Source of the DNA: an uncultured Smithella sp.
Lineage (GTDB): Bacteria > Desulfobacterota > Syntrophia > Syntrophales > Smithellaceae
Assembly: GCA_964469905.1 (NCBI GenBank)
Contig: CAYXZW010000002.1
Coordinates: 34,230 to 98,229, forward strand
DNA length: 64,000 bases
Direction of reading: 5' to 3'
Positions 9,862 through 18,871 of this stretch are shown piece after piece (position 1 is the stretch's first letter; the number at the start of each line of letters is the position of its first letter). A program made the translations under genes and the position numbers. A model generated the notes under the pieces. It did not search any database. It had not been told where the DNA came from and saw only the letters and a program-made list of their open reading frames with translations.

Positions 9862-10998
9862 ATGATAAACGCTAAAACTGTAATGATCATTGCCGGTGAA
9901 GCATCAGGTGATATGCATGGCGCCAGCCTTGTGCAGGAGATGTTAAAGATTGAGCCGACGCTTAATTTCTACGGCATTGGCGGCAACAGACTTCGCGAAT
10001 CCGGAGTGAGATTGGTGGCTAATGTTTCCGAAATGGCCGTCGTAGGATTGACCGAAGTAATTTCCAAATTAGGCAAGTTTATATCCGTAATGAATTCATT
10101 GAAGAAATCACTGGATGATGTTCAGCCGGATCTGGTGATTCTAATTGATTATGCCGGCTTTAATCTGCGCTTGGCCAAAGCAGTCCATAAAAGAGGAATT
10201 AAAGTTTTTTATTACATCAGTCCCCAGGTATGGGCATCGCGCAGGGGCCGCATCAGGAAAATAAAAAAATATGTAAATAAAATGGCCGTCATTCTCCCTT
10301 TTGAAGTTGAAACTTATCAGCAGGAAAATTTTCCTGTTGATTATGTCGGACATCCCTTGCTGGACTTGGTTCAAGCAAAATATTCGCGACAGGAAGCCAG
10401 AGCAAAATTCGGATTGCAAGAAGATATAACAGTTGTTGCCCTTCTTCCGGGCAGCCGATTTTCGGAAGTGATTAAGCTGCTGCCCGAAATGTTGCAGGCG
10501 GGAGAGATTTTAACTAAACAAATACCGGATATACAATTTTTGCTGCCTTTAGCCGACACGCTGGAAGAAAAAACAATTGCCGATATTCTTGCCGGACACA
10601 ACCTCAAAGTTCATATAATCAGCGGTCATACCTATGATGCAATTTCTTGCACGGATATGGCAATTGTCGCCTCCGGCACAGCAACGCTGGAAACAGCCCT
10701 TTTAGGTATTCCCATGATTATTATATACAAAATATCGGCACTTACTTATTTGATTGGTAAAATGATTATCAAGGTAAAAAATATCGGCATAGTTAATATC
10801 ATTGCCGGAAAGACTATAGTTCCGGAACTAATTCAACAGGAAGCAAATGGTCAGCGCATTGCCACTGAGGCCCTGGCAATATTAACAAATAGTGCAATAA
10901 AACAGAAGATGATCGGAGAATTAGCAGAAATTCGGGCAAAACTGGGAAACCCCGGGGCGGCAATAAGGGCTGCTAAACTTGCCTGTGATATGCTATAG
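9862..10998 (+). CDS. lpxB: Lipid-A-disaccharide synthase LpxB (GT19)
   Basis: 378 aa; IIAGEASGDMHGASL, DYAGFNLRLAK, LLPGSR, VASGTATLE motifs. Confidence 0.9.
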   Translation: MINAKTVMIIAGEASGDMHGASLVQEMLKIEPTLNFYGIGGNRLRESGVRLVANVSEMAVVGLTEVISKLGKFISVMNSLKKSLDDVQPDLVILIDYAGFNLRLAKAVHKRGIKVFYYISPQVWASRRGRIRKIKKYVNKMAVILPFEVETYQQENFPVDYVGHPLLDLVQAKYSRQEARAKFGLQEDITVVALLPGSRFSEVIKLLPEMLQAGEILTKQIPDIQFLLPLADTLEEKTIADILAGHNLKVHIISGHTYDAISCTDMAIVASGTATLETALLGIPMIIIYKISALTYLIGKMIIKVKNIGIVNIIAGKTIVPELIQQEANGQRIATEALAILTNSAIKQKMIGELAEIRAKLGNPGAAIRAAKLACDML

Positions 10999-11006
10999 AA
11001 AGAACC

Positions 11007-12770
11007 ATGGAAACATTTAAACGCCTCTTACGCTTAGCCAAACCTTATTATGTGCGCTTTACTCTGGCCATGATCTGCATGATTATCGCCGGTGCGCTGC
11101 AATCATCGCTGGCTGTTTTAGTCAAACCGGTACTGGACGACGTTTTCCTCAGTAAAAATCCGGCCACTCTGAAATGGGTTCCGCTGGCCGTCATCGGGAT
11201 TTTTCTCATCAAGGGTATGTGCAATTTCGGTCAGACAATTTTAATGAGTTATATAGGTTTGCGCATTGTCACCAACATGCGCAACAAGCTCTATGAGCAA
11301 ATTCAGAAGCAATCATTATCTTTTTTTACCAACAATCCGACCGGAATCCTCATGTCGCGAATTACCAATGATGTTGTTTCCATTCAATCGGCATCTTCTG
11401 AAGCTATAACTAGCCTGATCAAGGATACGGTCACTCTTATTGGACTGATTGGTGTTATTTTTTATACTGATTGGAAACTGGCCCTTATTGCCGTAATTGT
11501 TTTCCCGCTCACTATCTATCCTATTTCCTGGATTGGCAGAAAAATGCGCTATGTCGCCACATCGACACAAATTACCATGGGAACGCTCAGTTCGCTTCTC
11601 CAGGAGACTATTTCCGGAACCCGTATCGTCAAAGCCTTCGGCATGGAAAATTATGAAAACAAGCGCTTTGCCGCGGAAAATGAACGGCTCTTTGCCTTGA
11701 ACATGAAAGCAGTTTCCGTCAATGCCATTTCCCACCCCCTAATGGAATTTCTGGGCGGACTGGGAATCGCGGCCGTAATCTTTTACGGAGGCTATAATGT
11801 TGTTGCCGGCAATTCCACCCCCGGCACTTTTTTCTCGTTTCTCGCGGCACTTTTAATGCTTTATGAACCGGTAAAGAGATTGACCGGCGTCAACAACACC
11901 ATCCAGCAGGGCATTGCCGGCGCTGATCGGGTATTCAGCATCATTGACCGAGTACCCGATATCGTGGATAAAACAGGAGCTCCCCAACTTCTGCCGATCA
12001 CCCGGAGCATTGATATCGAAAATGTTACTTTTTGCTACGAAAAAACTGCTGTTTTAAAAAATATTACTCTTTCCATCAAAGCCGGCGAAGTTATCGCTTT
12101 TGTGGGAATGAGCGGCGGAGGAAAAACATCTCTTGTTAATCTGATTCCGCGATTTTACGATGTTACTTCCGGCCGTGTTCTCATTGATGGCCTTGATATC
12201 CGCGATGTCACGCTGCAATCGCTGCGCAGCCAGATTGCCATCGTCACTCAACAGACCATCCTCTTTAATGACACCGTAAGAAACAACATTGCTTACGGTG
12301 ATATCGACCGCACGGAAGCTGATGTAATTAACGCCGCCAAGGCCGCCAACGCTCACGACTTCATCATGCAACTGCCGAAACAGTATGATACCAACATCGG
12401 CGAACTGGGAACAAAACTCTCCGGAGGAGAAAAGCAAAGAATTTCTATTGCCCGGGCACTGCTGAAAAATGCTCCCATTTTAATTCTGGACGAGGCAACA
12501 TCATCGCTCGATACCGAAGCGGAAATCGAAGTACAAGAAGCATTGGACAATTTGATGAAAGGGCGGACAACTTTGGTTATTGCACACCGCCTCTCCACAA
12601 TTCGCAACGCCGATAGAATAATCGCTCTCGTTAACGGTGAAATTGTTGAAGAAGGAAATCATGAATCACTGCTGGCGAAGAAGGGCGAATATTTCCGGCT
12701 TTATAATTTGCAGTTCAAAGATGAAGGAAATAATGCAAAAAACGGACAATTGGCAAAGGATATGGAATGA
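11007..12770 (+). CDS. msbA: Lipid A export ATP-binding/permease protein MsbA
   Basis: 587 aa; six-TM exporter domain, then Walker A GMSGGGKTS, signature LSGGEKQRISIARAL, Walker B ILILDEATSSLD; immediately upstream of lpxK. Confidence 0.85.
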   Translation: METFKRLLRLAKPYYVRFTLAMICMIIAGALQSSLAVLVKPVLDDVFLSKNPATLKWVPLAVIGIFLIKGMCNFGQTILMSYIGLRIVTNMRNKLYEQIQKQSLSFFTNNPTGILMSRITNDVVSIQSASSEAITSLIKDTVTLIGLIGVIFYTDWKLALIAVIVFPLTIYPISWIGRKMRYVATSTQITMGTLSSLLQETISGTRIVKAFGMENYENKRFAAENERLFALNMKAVSVNAISHPLMEFLGGLGIAAVIFYGGYNVVAGNSTPGTFFSFLAALLMLYEPVKRLTGVNNTIQQGIAGADRVFSIIDRVPDIVDKTGAPQLLPITRSIDIENVTFCYEKTAVLKNITLSIKAGEVIAFVGMSGGGKTSLVNLIPRFYDVTSGRVLIDGLDIRDVTLQSLRSQIAIVTQQTILFNDTVRNNIAYGDIDRTEADVINAAKAANAHDFIMQLPKQYDTNIGELGTKLSGGEKQRISIARALLKNAPILILDEATSSLDTEAEIEVQEALDNLMKGRTTLVIAHRLSTIRNADRIIALVNGEIVEEGNHESLLAKKGEYFRLYNLQFKDEGNNAKNGQLAKDME

Positions 12771-13836
12771 TGACGGAGCGAACTACCGTTTCAGTCCCGC
12801 CAAAACATTATTACATGTTCTGTCTCTGCCTTACCGCCTGATCATCAATTTGCGCAACTGGCTTTATGATCATAAGCTTTTCCGGGAAGTTAAACTTCCC
12901 TGCCCGGTAATCAGTGTCGGCAACATCACGGTGGGCGGCACGGGGAAAACCCCCTGCGTTATCTGGCTTGGCCGGATGCTGCAGCAACAAGGTTTTAAGC
13001 CGGCGGTTTTAAGCCGGGGATATGGCAGCAAAAATTCCCGGCCGGTTACCATCGTTGCCGACGGCAATAATATACTGACATCCAGTGCCATTGCCGGAGA
13101 CGAACCTTATTTAATTGCCCGTTCACTGCCAGGAATTCCGGTAATCACCGGTCCCAAAAGAATATTCACGGGTAAGACAGCCATTGATAAATTCGGCGCC
13201 AATGTCCTCATTTGCGATGATGCCTTTCAGCACCGGCAGATATTCCGGGATATTAATATTGTCCTGCTGGATAGTCAGGCGCCACTTGGAAACGGCCACA
13301 TGCTGCCGCGGGGCAGCTTGCGAGAGCCCCTTGCTTCACTTAGCCGGGGAAATATCTTTATTCTGACACGAACTAATGAGGCAGTAAAGACAGATACATT
13401 TATCGCTAAATTTGCCGAAGACGCCAATATACCTGTTTTCGGATGCAGCCACAGGCCGGTCGATGTCGTCAAAGGAGATTACAGCGTACAATTACCGCTG
13501 GCAGAATTGAAAGGTAAAAAAGTTTATGCCTTCGCCGGTATTGCCAAACCGGATTCATTTAAAAAAGCGATAAACGCAACCGGGGCGCAATTGGTAGCGT
13601 TTGATATTTTCCCTGATCATCATCGTTTCAGCCCCAAAGAGCTGAAAACCGTTCGCCATAATTTCTTAAAAAGCAATGCAGACTTTCTCGTTACAACAGA
13701 AAAAGACGGCATGCGACTGCAAGAATTTACTGAATTTTTAAATGATATTTATTTATTGCGCATAGAACTGGCAATAGTTCCCGATGAAAATTCATTGAAG
13801 AATTTCATTTTGGGGAAATTGGGAAAGATAGGCTAA
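12733..13836 (+). CDS. lpxK: Tetraacyldisaccharide 4-prime-kinase LpxK
   Basis: P-loop VGNITVGGTGKTP, SRGYG motif. The listed ORF start (12637) lies deep in msbA; an internal ATG at 12721 or 12733 gives a normal N-terminus (start uncertain by ~12 nt). Confidence 0.85.
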   Translation: MQKTDNWQRIWNDDGANYRFSPAKTLLHVLSLPYRLIINLRNWLYDHKLFREVKLPCPVISVGNITVGGTGKTPCVIWLGRMLQQQGFKPAVLSRGYGSKNSRPVTIVADGNNILTSSAIAGDEPYLIARSLPGIPVITGPKRIFTGKTAIDKFGANVLICDDAFQHRQIFRDINIVLLDSQAPLGNGHMLPRGSLREPLASLSRGNIFILTRTNEAVKTDTFIAKFAEDANIPVFGCSHRPVDVVKGDYSVQLPLAELKGKKVYAFAGIAKPDSFKKAINATGAQLVAFDIFPDHHRFSPKELKTVRHNFLKSNADFLVTTEKDGMRLQEFTEFLNDIYLLRIELAIVPDENSLKNFILGKLGKIG

Positions 13837-13870
13837 AGACTGAAGACTGAGGGCTGAAGGTCAACGAGGA

Positions 13871-14752
13871 TTGAAAGTGCAGCAGACGATTGCTCTTAAA
13901 TTGGTAAGAATTATTCCTTTGCGACTGCGAAAGCTTTTGACTTGCGCCCTGGCCGGAGTTTTTTATCATCTATCCCTGAAACATCGTCTCATTGCTATTC
14001 ATAATTTGATGAGGGCATTTCCCGAAAAGTCTCTTCCGGAAATTACAATAATTGCCAAGCGTTCATATTTGAGCTTTGCTATAGTTGCTGCCGAATTTAT
14101 TGAGATTCCCTATATAAACAAAGACAATTTACATAAGTGGGTTGCAATCCAAGGGCTGGAAAATTATGCAATGGCCTGCTCTGAGGGAAAAGGAGTTCTT
14201 CTTTTTGGCGGACACTTCGGTAATTGGGAAATTGGGAATGCCGCACTGGCCATAGCAACACAGCCTTTTGTCTTCCTTTATCGGATACTCGACAGCCCTT
14301 TTCTGGAGAACAATATTACCCGGGTGCGGGCATCCTACGGCAATGTCTCTCTTTCCAAGGAAAACGCCATGCGACCGGTAATCCGGCTCTTAAAAAAAAG
14401 CGCCACAATAAATATGCTTATTGATCAAAACGTCGCCTGGTACGACGGAGCATTCGTAAATTTTTTCGGCCGCAGGGCTTGCACAACATCCGGATTGTCC
14501 CTCCTGGCATTGCATACGGCTGCGCCGGTCCTGCCTGCTTTTACAAGACGCCTGCCCGACGGCAAATACATTATGGAGATCGGCCCCCGAGTGGAAATTG
14601 TTCGCACCGGCGACCGCAGTAATGATGTCTTGATCAATACGCAAAACTTCACTAAGATCATTGAAGAAGAAATTCGCCTATCACCCGAACAATGGTTCTG
14701 GGTGCATCAGCGCTGGAAGACAAAACCCTGCCAGGCCAAGAGGACAACTTAA
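13871..14752 (+). CDS. Lipid A late (secondary) acyltransferase, LpxL/LpxM/LpxP family
   Basis: 293 aa; HFGNWE catalytic motif, C-terminal EQWFWVHQRWKTKP signature; TTG start preceded by GAGGA; follows lpxK. Confidence 0.75.
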   Translation: MKVQQTIALKLVRIIPLRLRKLLTCALAGVFYHLSLKHRLIAIHNLMRAFPEKSLPEITIIAKRSYLSFAIVAAEFIEIPYINKDNLHKWVAIQGLENYAMACSEGKGVLLFGGHFGNWEIGNAALAIATQPFVFLYRILDSPFLENNITRVRASYGNVSLSKENAMRPVIRLLKKSATINMLIDQNVAWYDGAFVNFFGRRACTTSGLSLLALHTAAPVLPAFTRRLPDGKYIMEIGPRVEIVRTGDRSNDVLINTQNFTKIIEEEIRLSPEQWFWVHQRWKTKPCQAKRTT

Positions 14753-15811
14753 GTGAAAATGAAAATTAACAGGAAATTGCCGCCGGAAGGAATCGATAAA
14801 ATCCTGATTCGCGCCACCAATTGGATTGGTGATGCAATTTTAACTATACCGGCCGTTGACTCTATCCGGGCGACATATCCGCAAGCACATATCGCGGTCC
14901 TGGCCAAACCCTGGGTAGCCGATATTTACAGGCTATTTACCAGTATTAATGAAGTTATTGTCTACGAAGATCAATATGATAATGCCTGGGGTGTCTTGCG
15001 TCTGGCACGTCGGCTGAGAAAAGACAATTTTGATCTGGCAGTTCTTCTACAAAATGCCATCGAAGCGGCAATAATGTCTTGCGTCGCGGGAATTCCCCGG
15101 CGCGCCGGTTATAATTCGGATGGACGGGGAATTCTGCTGACGCACCGCGTACAACTAAATTCCGAAATTAAAAAGCTTCATCAGATAGATTATTATCTGG
15201 AAATGGTTAAAGCACTGGACTGCATTGCCGTGAATAGGGAGCTGCACCTGGAAACAAAAATCAACCGGCATGATGCTCTAAGCGTCCTGCAAGAATATGT
15301 ACCAGGCCCCAAGAAAGATATTATCGGCATTTCCCCCGGAGCTACTTACGGGCCGGCTAAAAGATGGTTCCCGGAAAGATTTGCGGCTGTCGCCGACAAA
15401 ATTGCAGCTTCGTTTGACGGACGGATAATATTACTGGGCGGTAAGGCGGACTGGGATGCAGCAGAAGACGTACGCAAACTTGCCCAAACCGGTTTACTTA
15501 ACCTTGCAGGCAAAACTAATTTAAAAGAAGCAGTTTATTTAATCTCGCAATGCCGCCTGTTTATCAGCAATGACTCCGGCCTTATGCATATCGCCGGCGC
15601 TTTAAATATCCCGACAATTGCCATTTTCGGTTCGACTAACCCGCAGACTACATCACCGGTTGGAAATTCATCAATTGTCGTGCGTAAGGCCGTGTCTTGC
15701 AGCCCCTGTTTAAAAAAAATATGCCCTATAGATTTTCGTTGCATGGATTTGATTTCCGTGGAAGATGTTTTCGCAGTTGCCCAGAATATTTTAAGAAAGG
15801 ATAAAACATGA
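14753..15811 (+). CDS. waaF: ADP-heptose--LPS heptosyltransferase II-like (GT9)
   Basis: 352 aa; ILIRATNWIGDAILTIPAV N-terminal GT9 motif, PGATYGPAKRW, FISNDSGLMHIAGAL, FGSTNP motifs. Confidence 0.75.
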   Translation: MKMKINRKLPPEGIDKILIRATNWIGDAILTIPAVDSIRATYPQAHIAVLAKPWVADIYRLFTSINEVIVYEDQYDNAWGVLRLARRLRKDNFDLAVLLQNAIEAAIMSCVAGIPRRAGYNSDGRGILLTHRVQLNSEIKKLHQIDYYLEMVKALDCIAVNRELHLETKINRHDALSVLQEYVPGPKKDIIGISPGATYGPAKRWFPERFAAVADKIAASFDGRIILLGGKADWDAAEDVRKLAQTGLLNLAGKTNLKEAVYLISQCRLFISNDSGLMHIAGALNIPTIAIFGSTNPQTTSPVGNSSIVVRKAVSCSPCLKKICPIDFRCMDLISVEDVFAVAQNILRKDKT

Positions 15812-15847
15812 TGGTCTAGCCAAGAATCGGGAAAGCAATTCCCTTTT

Positions 15848-15940
15848 GTCATTGCGAAGAGCGCCTCGCGCTCTGTGGCAATCTTTATACTCTCAGTGAA
15901 ATACGAGATTACTTCGGTCGCTGCACTCCCTCGCAAAGAC
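15848..15940. repeat. Structured imperfect palindromic intergenic element (REP/MITE-like), copy 1
   Basis: Outer arms GTCATTGCGAAGAG (15848-15861) and CCCTCGCAAAGAC (15928-15940) are largely complementary. Inner arms are GGCAATCT / AGATTACT. A nested perfect hairpin AGAGCGC-ctc-GCGCTCT sits at 15859-15875. Confidence 0.6.
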
Positions 15941-16001
15941 ATCATAAATCAGTCTCTTTGTTGACATGACTATTTGCGACAAGACCATAAGATATAAACT
16001 C

Positions 16002-16598
16002 ATGAAAAAAAATGTAGCTGTTTTTCTGGACCGGGACGGAACAATTAATGAGGAAGTGGGTTATCTGGACAGTCTGGATAAACTCAAGATAATTTCCACA
16101 GCTTATGAAGCAATAAAATTAATAAACCTCAACGACATGAAAGCTGTCGTTATCAGCAATCAGGCCGGTGTAGCCAGAGGCTATTTTAGCGAAGATTTTG
16201 TTCGTATGATCAACAACCATCTCCAGGCGGATATGCTGGAAAAAGGTGCGGTAATTGACAGATTCTATTACTGCCCGCACCATCCAACTGAGGGCAATAA
16301 AGTATATCAGCAAATCTGTAACTGCCGCAAACCGGCTCCAGGAATGCTCTTGCAGGCCGCAGAGGACTTAAACATCTATCTGGCAAAATCCTATTTTGTA
16401 GGTGACAGATTTATCGATATGGAAACGGCGAAAAAGGTGGGAGCTAAGGGGATCTTAGTAAAGACGGGTTACGGTGATGATTTGTTGCAGGATGACGGAC
16501 CGGATACTGCAACACCGGAGAATAAACCTGATTTTGTTGCCGCAGATATTTTGGAAGCCGTGCAGTGGATTTTAAAGGACCGGAAGCAAATCGCATGA
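16002..16598 (+). CDS. gmhB: D-glycero-D-manno-heptose 1,7-bisphosphate phosphatase GmhB (HAD family)
   Basis: HAD motif I FLDRDGTINEE, zinc-binding loop YYCPHHP...CNCRKPAPGM, FVGDRFIDMETAKKVGA; ATG at 16002 preferred over the listed start at 15966. Confidence 0.85.
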   Translation: MKKNVAVFLDRDGTINEEVGYLDSLDKLKIISTAYEAIKLINLNDMKAVVISNQAGVARGYFSEDFVRMINNHLQADMLEKGAVIDRFYYCPHHPTEGNKVYQQICNCRKPAPGMLLQAAEDLNIYLAKSYFVGDRFIDMETAKKVGAKGILVKTGYGDDLLQDDGPDTATPENKPDFVAADILEAVQWILKDRKQIA

Positions 16599-17638
16599 AT
16601 ATATTAATAGTCAAACTCAGCGCCATTGGCGATGTCATTCACACGCTGCCGTCTCTGGCGGCGTTAAGAAAACTTTATCCGGACGCACATATCACCTGGG
16701 TAGTGGAAGAAGCGGCAGCAGGTATTATTAATAATCACTCTCTCCTGAGCACAGTGCTGATTTCGCGGCGGAAAAGCTGGCTTAAAGATTTTTCCAATGG
16801 TGAAATTAATCGCCCTTTGCGGGAAATGCGATCTTTTCTTCGTGAACTGCGGCAGCGGCCTTATGATCTGGTCATAGATTTTCACGGCCTGTTCAAGAGT
16901 GCGTTGATTGTTTTATTGAGCGGCGCGAAAAGAAAGCTGGGGTATGATTCACTACAGGAATTAAGCGGCTTGTTTTATACCGAAAAAATTCCGGAAGATA
17001 TGAATAAACATGCCGTCGATCGCTATCTCGATTTCCCGCGATATCTGGGTGCCAAAATCATCCGGCCGGAATTTCCCTTACCATCCGATAAAGCTGCCGA
17101 AGCTGGAGTTCAGTTCACTTTGGGAAAATATGGCCTGGAAAACAAAAAGTTTATTGCCGTCAATCCCGTTGCATACTGGGAAACAAAACTCTGGGACAAT
17201 GCAAAGTTTGCCCGTCTGGCCGATACGATCAAGACAAGGTTAAACATTGAAGTTGTTTTTACGGGAAGTGAGAAAGAATCTATTGAAAAAATAACCGCGC
17301 AAATGTCGACAAAGGCTGTAAACTTAGGCGGGGAAACAACGCTTTCTGAACTTGCATATCTCTACAAGAAATCGCAGTTAGTCTTGACCACCGACTCTGG
17401 CCCGATGCATCTGGCGGCAGCCGTAGGAACCGAGGTGGTTGCCATTTTCGGGCCAACCGATCCTAAAAGAACCGGCCCTTATGGCGAAGGCCATACAATA
17501 ATCGGAACTGACCTGCCGTGCAGCCCGTGTTTTTTGAAAAAATGCCCGACAAAAAAGTGCCTGCAGGATATTTCACCCGAACAGGTTATGGCAGTAATTG
17601 AAAAAAGATTAAAAGGAGAAAAAAATGGCAATCAATGA
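16595..17638 (+). CDS. waaC: ADP-heptose--LPS heptosyltransferase I-like (GT9)
   Basis: MNILIVKLSAIGDVIHTLPSLAAL N-terminus, TTDSGPMHLAAAVG, FGPTDPKRTGPYG; ATG at 16595 overlaps the gmhB stop (ATGA); the listed start at 16565 is upstream of this. Confidence 0.7.
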   Translation: MNILIVKLSAIGDVIHTLPSLAALRKLYPDAHITWVVEEAAAGIINNHSLLSTVLISRRKSWLKDFSNGEINRPLREMRSFLRELRQRPYDLVIDFHGLFKSALIVLLSGAKRKLGYDSLQELSGLFYTEKIPEDMNKHAVDRYLDFPRYLGAKIIRPEFPLPSDKAAEAGVQFTLGKYGLENKKFIAVNPVAYWETKLWDNAKFARLADTIKTRLNIEVVFTGSEKESIEKITAQMSTKAVNLGGETTLSELAYLYKKSQLVLTTDSGPMHLAAAVGTEVVAIFGPTDPKRTGPYGEGHTIIGTDLPCSPCFLKKCPTKKCLQDISPEQVMAVIEKRLKGEKNGNQ

Positions 17639-17792
17639 AAAACTTCTGGAAATTCTGGCGTGCCCGCAATGTCACGGCAAAATAAGGTGGGATGGAAAAT
17701 CAGGTGGGTTAATTTGTGATCAGTGTAAATTACTTTTTGAGGTAAAAAATGATATTCCGGTAATGCTTATTGAGGAGGCAAAAAAGCTTTGA
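17625..17792 (+). CDS. Trm112/YcaR (UPF0434) family small zinc-ribbon protein, 55 aa; not in the ORF track
   Basis: Hand translation: MAINEKLLEILACPQCHGKIRWDGKSGGLICDQCKLLFEVKNDIPVMLIEEAKKL. CPxC...CxxC plus the (D/N)(G/D)IPVML signature. GGAGAA 5 nt upstream. Overlaps the waaC end by 14 nt. Confidence 0.7.
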   Translation: MAINEKLLEILACPQCHGKIRWDGKSGGLICDQCKLLFEVKNDIPVMLIEEAKKL

Positions 17793-17797
17793 GACCT

Positions 17798-18871
17798 TTA
17801 AACAAATTCTTTGTCAAGAAGTTCCTCTACTACCTTCAGCACTTCAATAACATCTATCTGTTCCAGGCATAGACTGCGACCGTTGCCGTTACAGCCCTTT
17901 TTATAACAAGGAGAACAATCCATGTCAGGAAAAACTACTTTATTTTTCTGGCCCGGCGGCGCCCAATCGCGCCAATCGGACGGGCCATAGATTGTAACTG
18001 TCGGCGTACCAACCGCGGCAGCAATATGTGGTGCGGCACTATCCACACCAATGTGCAACCGGCTTAACTTTAAAAGCGCCGGCATTTCCCGTAGCGATAT
18101 CTTCCCGGCAAGGCTATAAACTGGCGATTGGAAATCGCTAACTAATTTCTCCGCCCGTTCTCTTTCTTCTGCCGACCCACATATCACAAGGGGCATCTCA
18201 TATTTCTGCCAAATTAAATGAGCTAGATATTGCCATTTAGCCATTCCCCATTCTTTGTAAGACCAGCGAGAAAAAGGATTAATACTGGCCCACCCATTTT
18301 TCGCGGCAATCTTTTCTGAGGCAATAATTTTGCGAACTTTTTGTTGTGCTTCTGCTGATACAATAATTTGCGGAACTGATGTTTCTTCTTTTATCCCCAG
18401 ACCGCGGACAATTTTCAACGATTGTTCCGCTGCACCTAACACTCTGTCTTTTGTGGGCTCGGGATTAACCAGATGCGTAAACATCCGATTGCGCCAGGTA
18501 AAACCGGGATAAAACAGCGCTACTCTCAGCGGAGCTCCCGTGAGAAAAGCAGTAATCGCACCCCGGTCATCGGCGCGCAAGTCAATAACCAGATCAAATT
18601 TCTCACGGCGCAGGCGGCAAATTAACTGAAGACTTTCCTGTATTCTTTGTTCCGGCCGAATTTGAAATACTCCGGCGATGCGGGGATCATCCAGCAGGAC
18701 CTCGGCATTAGGGTGTCTGGTCAAGACCATCAGATCAGCCTGGGGATGAGCATTTTTTGCTGCCCATAACGCCGGAATCATCCAGACAACATCACCGATA
18801 TCGCCCAATTGAATAACGAGAATTTTCTTTATCGGAATATTGATTTTATGTTGCGCGGCTATGATCATCAA
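17798..18871 (-). CDS. GT9-family glycosyltransferase (heptosyltransferase-like), last gene of the minus-strand locus
   Basis: 357 aa; ILVIQLGDIGDVVWMIPAL, GVDSAAPHIAAAVG, YGPSDWRDWAP motifs. Confidence 0.75.
   Translation of the reverse strand: MMIIAAQHKINIPIKKILVIQLGDIGDVVWMIPALWAAKNAHPQADLMVLTRHPNAEVLLDDPRIAGVFQIRPEQRIQESLQLICRLRREKFDLVIDLRADDRGAITAFLTGAPLRVALFYPGFTWRNRMFTHLVNPEPTKDRVLGAAEQSLKIVRGLGIKEETSVPQIIVSAEAQQKVRKIIASEKIAAKNGWASINPFSRWSYKEWGMAKWQYLAHLIWQKYEMPLVICGSAEERERAEKLVSDFQSPVYSLAGKISLREMPALLKLSRLHIGVDSAAPHIAAAVGTPTVTIYGPSDWRDWAPPGQKNKVVFPDMDCSPCYKKGCNGNGRSLCLEQIDVIEVLKVVEELLDKEFV

Noticed and set aside
9782-9875. A 9-bp inverted repeat (AGGGGCCGT ... ACGGCCCCT) after gnnB, and a 27-codon ORF (9792-9875) overlapping the lpxB start
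   Set aside because: The loop is about 36 nt and no U-tract follows, so it is not a convincing terminator. The small ORF has no recognisable motif and could easily arise by chance. Without conservation data it cannot be supported.
12637-12732. N-terminal extensions given by the ORF track for lpxK (12637), gmhB (15966), waaC (16565), the methyltransferase at 52800, and TTG starts at 39376, 55125 and 58049
   Set aside because: The extensions overlap the preceding gene by 30-130 nt or add non-conserved residues. Internal ATG codons give canonical N-termini (for example MKKNVAVFLDRDG for gmhB and MNILIVKLSAIGD for waaC).
13837-13860. Three imperfect tandem heptamers (GACTGAA GACTGAG GGCTGAA) between lpxK and the LpxL-family gene
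   Set aside because: They are too short and degenerate to distinguish from chance. The stretch simply leads into the GAGGA ribosome-binding site of the next gene.
15535-15945. 136-aa minus-strand ORF spanning the waaF 3-prime end and the waaF-gmhB spacer
   Set aside because: It is antisense to waaF for most of its length. The remainder just reads through the palindromic element (SLRGSAATEVISYF-type translation). It is an artefact of the repeat, not a gene.
15961-15993. A perfect -35 hexamer TTGACA at 15961 as a gmhB promoter
   Set aside because: No acceptable -10 hexamer lies at 16-18 nt spacing. The best candidate, CATAAG, is at 19 nt. The ATG would also be almost leaderless. This is not enough evidence to call a promoter.
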